Made by a program: the position numbers and the translations under genes. The notes beneath the pieces are model-generated. The model was given only the letters and a program-made list of their open reading frames with translations. It was not told the origin of the DNA and did no database searches. This document shows positions 61,839 to 64,000 of a stretch of DNA of 64,000 nt, piece after piece. Source of the DNA: Podospora anserina (taxonomy: Eukaryota); contig CM030337.1 in NCBI GenBank assembly GCA_017654855.1, forward strand, positions 2,046,001 to 2,110,000, given 5' to 3'. Within the stretch, counting starts at the first letter, position 1, and each line of letters starts with the position of its first letter.

Positions 61839-63185
61839 CTATGAGAGCGTGGTAACAATGTCCTCTTCGAGTTCCTCGACATCGCGCCATTCGCTTTCGG
61901 ATTGCCCATTAGTAGCAGCAGGCGGTGGCACATGAAGGACCTGTCCGCCTCGCCGACCGAAAAAGTCATCGGTTCTGATACCGCGGACGCCCTCAGGGGC
62001 TACCCGGGACATGGACGCCCCGGACGCACGATGCTGGCGGATATACTCTCTCATGGGAACCATGGCGGCGTCGCGGCACGCTTCCTTGAGATCGCTTCCA
62101 GACATGCCCGCCGTGACCTTGGCAATATATTCAACATCAAAGTCCGGATCACGCTTGGTATTCCCGAGGATCAATTCGAGAATGCGACGACGCTGCTCAG
62201 TTCCCGGAAGAGAAACAGGGAATTTCTTGGGCATTCTCCTGAGAATGGCCTCGTCGATGGCGTTTATCCTGTTGGTGGCACCGAGCACAACAATGCGTGC
62301 AGGAACACCGGCGGCGTTGGACGAGGTGAGACCATCCCATAGCGTCATGAATCTGGGCAAGGTCAGGAATAAGACGATATCAAACGGCAACAGGGGCCAC
62401 TTACTCAGCCTTGACCATGCCACTGGCTTCGTGCTCGCCATTGTGTCGTTGCCCCAGCACAGCGTCAATCTCATCGATGAAGATGATGGCGGGCTCAAGC
62501 TTGCGCGCCAGAGAGAAGACGGCACGGACCAGCTTGTTGGAGTCGCCATACCATTTTTCCGTAAGTGTCGAGATGTGAAGGTTGATGAACGAGGCACCGC
62601 TCTCGTGTGCCACAGCCTTTGCCAGCATCGTCTTGCCACAGCCTGGTGGGCCGTACAGCAGCACGCCAGATGGTGCAGCCAGGAGAGACCCACCATGCTG
62701 GTACAAATGTGGCATCGTTAATGGGTAGATGATAGCCTCCTTCACTTCTTCAATGATTTCCTCCAATCCTCCAATGTCGTCAAAGCCAACCGGGATGTCC
62801 TCTGGCGCGACGACCTCCAGTGCTACCTGGTTTTCGTACTCGTTCAGAATCAAGTCCTCAACGCTGGTCTTTTGTGATGCATCTGTGTTGGCTGCGTCAT
62901 TTGCGCTGTTCTCGGCAATCTTCTTTCGTATCCTTTGCAGGTTCGCCTGTGCCCTTTTTCGTGTCGCTTCGTTCTTCTCGTGGTCTGGGTCGACTACCCG
63001 CGCAAAGTAGGGGGCGACGACATCTTTGAGTAGCAGGTACGCGGTTAGGGCCTGGGGGACGGAGTCAGCAAACACAAGATCACATATGCGCACGTAGGGG
63101 ACAGCATAGTCCGTACACCAGCTGCAAGGAGCATGCCCGAGGTCAAGCCCGCCCCCAGATCTCTTAAGCGCTTGTTGTCGCTCAT
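61839..63185 (-). CDS. MSP1: Msp1/ATAD1 membrane-anchored AAA+ dislocase
   Basis: ATG 63185; introns 63052-63116 and 62353-62404; N-terminal TM segment, Walker A GPPGCGKT, KWYGDSNK pore loop, Walker B IIFIDEID, KAEFMTLWDGL, ILRRMP. Confidence 0.95.
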
Positions 63186-64000
63186 GCTGTCAGCGCAGCG
63201 GTGCGAGATGTCGCACAGCTGCTAGGTGTCGGTTCAACCAGAAGTGGGGTTTGAGGATTCCTGGCAGGTCAGACAAGGTGATAGCAATGGGTTTACAGGG
63301 TCGTTTATATAGGAGTGCCAATGGGTGATGTGTCGTGGCGAGGGGGAGTTGAATGCACCGAGGAGCAATGGCAGGTGTGCCGACAGCCAGCCCGCCAGCG
63401 GCATGACCCGACCGACGACCATGTGCAAGCGCCACTCAGTGGCTGAAAGACCAGGGGGTTTGTGCGACACTGAGTGGGCCTGGGCCACGTAGCTGGGTGC
63501 TCTAACCGTATCTGTAGTAGTTGCTACCAAGCGGTGGCCCATGCACAATGCCCCTCCTGCGCCAAAGTAAACAAACTGCAAGGGCAACGCGAGCTGAGAG
63601 AGCCGCAAACCTTCCCCCTAACGCGTCGCTACTCAGGGCACTGCGCATCGCCACACTTTTTTTTTTTTTTTTTTTGTTGCGACTGCTGCTTGTAATTATT
63701 GCGTAAGGCTCAGGTGAAAACGGACGCACGGGACTCTTTGTGTCTCGAGCTATTCAACTTTTGGCATTTTTGTTTGAATCCATAAACGTCAAGGAATCCC
63801 AGGCAGGGGTTTGCTCGATGCTAAGAACGAAGATCCGCTCTCAGCTGCTGGAGCTGGTGGATTCGGATTCAGAAGACGGACTGGGTGGAATCGCGCGCAC
63901 ATCATCATCATCATCATCATCAACCTCAACTGCCGCTGCCAACATTGGAAGACCGCGCAAACTAAACTCCAAGAAAACAACCACATCCGCCATCATGCCG

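Noticed and set aside
1-64000. CRISPR arrays, rRNA genes, intact transposons
   Set aside because: Eukaryotic locus; no repeat-spacer arrays, rRNA sequence, transposase or RT ORFs, LTRs or TIRs recognised.

Overview
Eukaryotic DNA from a filamentous ascomycete (Sordariomycete, most likely Podospora-like; inferred from protein families, short GT-AG introns with CTRAY branch sites and overall style). I rebuilt 16 intact genes by hand-splicing: Pof10-like F-box protein (truncated at the window edge), an uncharacterised triple Cys-rich protein, Clr2, a GPI-anchored SUN glucanase, a membrane protein, PPM1, an MCH1-like MFS transporter, AP-2 sigma, a zinc-knuckle protein, IST1, SPT3, PMS1, BST1, TMS1/SERINC, cystathionine beta-lyase and MSP1. 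There is also a clear SDR pseudogene and several microsatellites. I found no rRNA, tRNA, CRISPR array or intact transposon. The most striking structure is SPT3. Its first intron is 2145 nt, against 48-136 nt for every other intron here, and it hides a ~520-codon repeat-rich reading frame fused in frame to exon 2 and broken by one TGA. That suggests a cryptic long Spt3 isoform controlled by alternative splicing or promoter use, possibly with stop-codon recoding. Also notable are recurrent abrupt C/A-rich to G/T-rich skew switches independent of gene orientation, and a stop-free in-frame intron inside a zinc knuckle.
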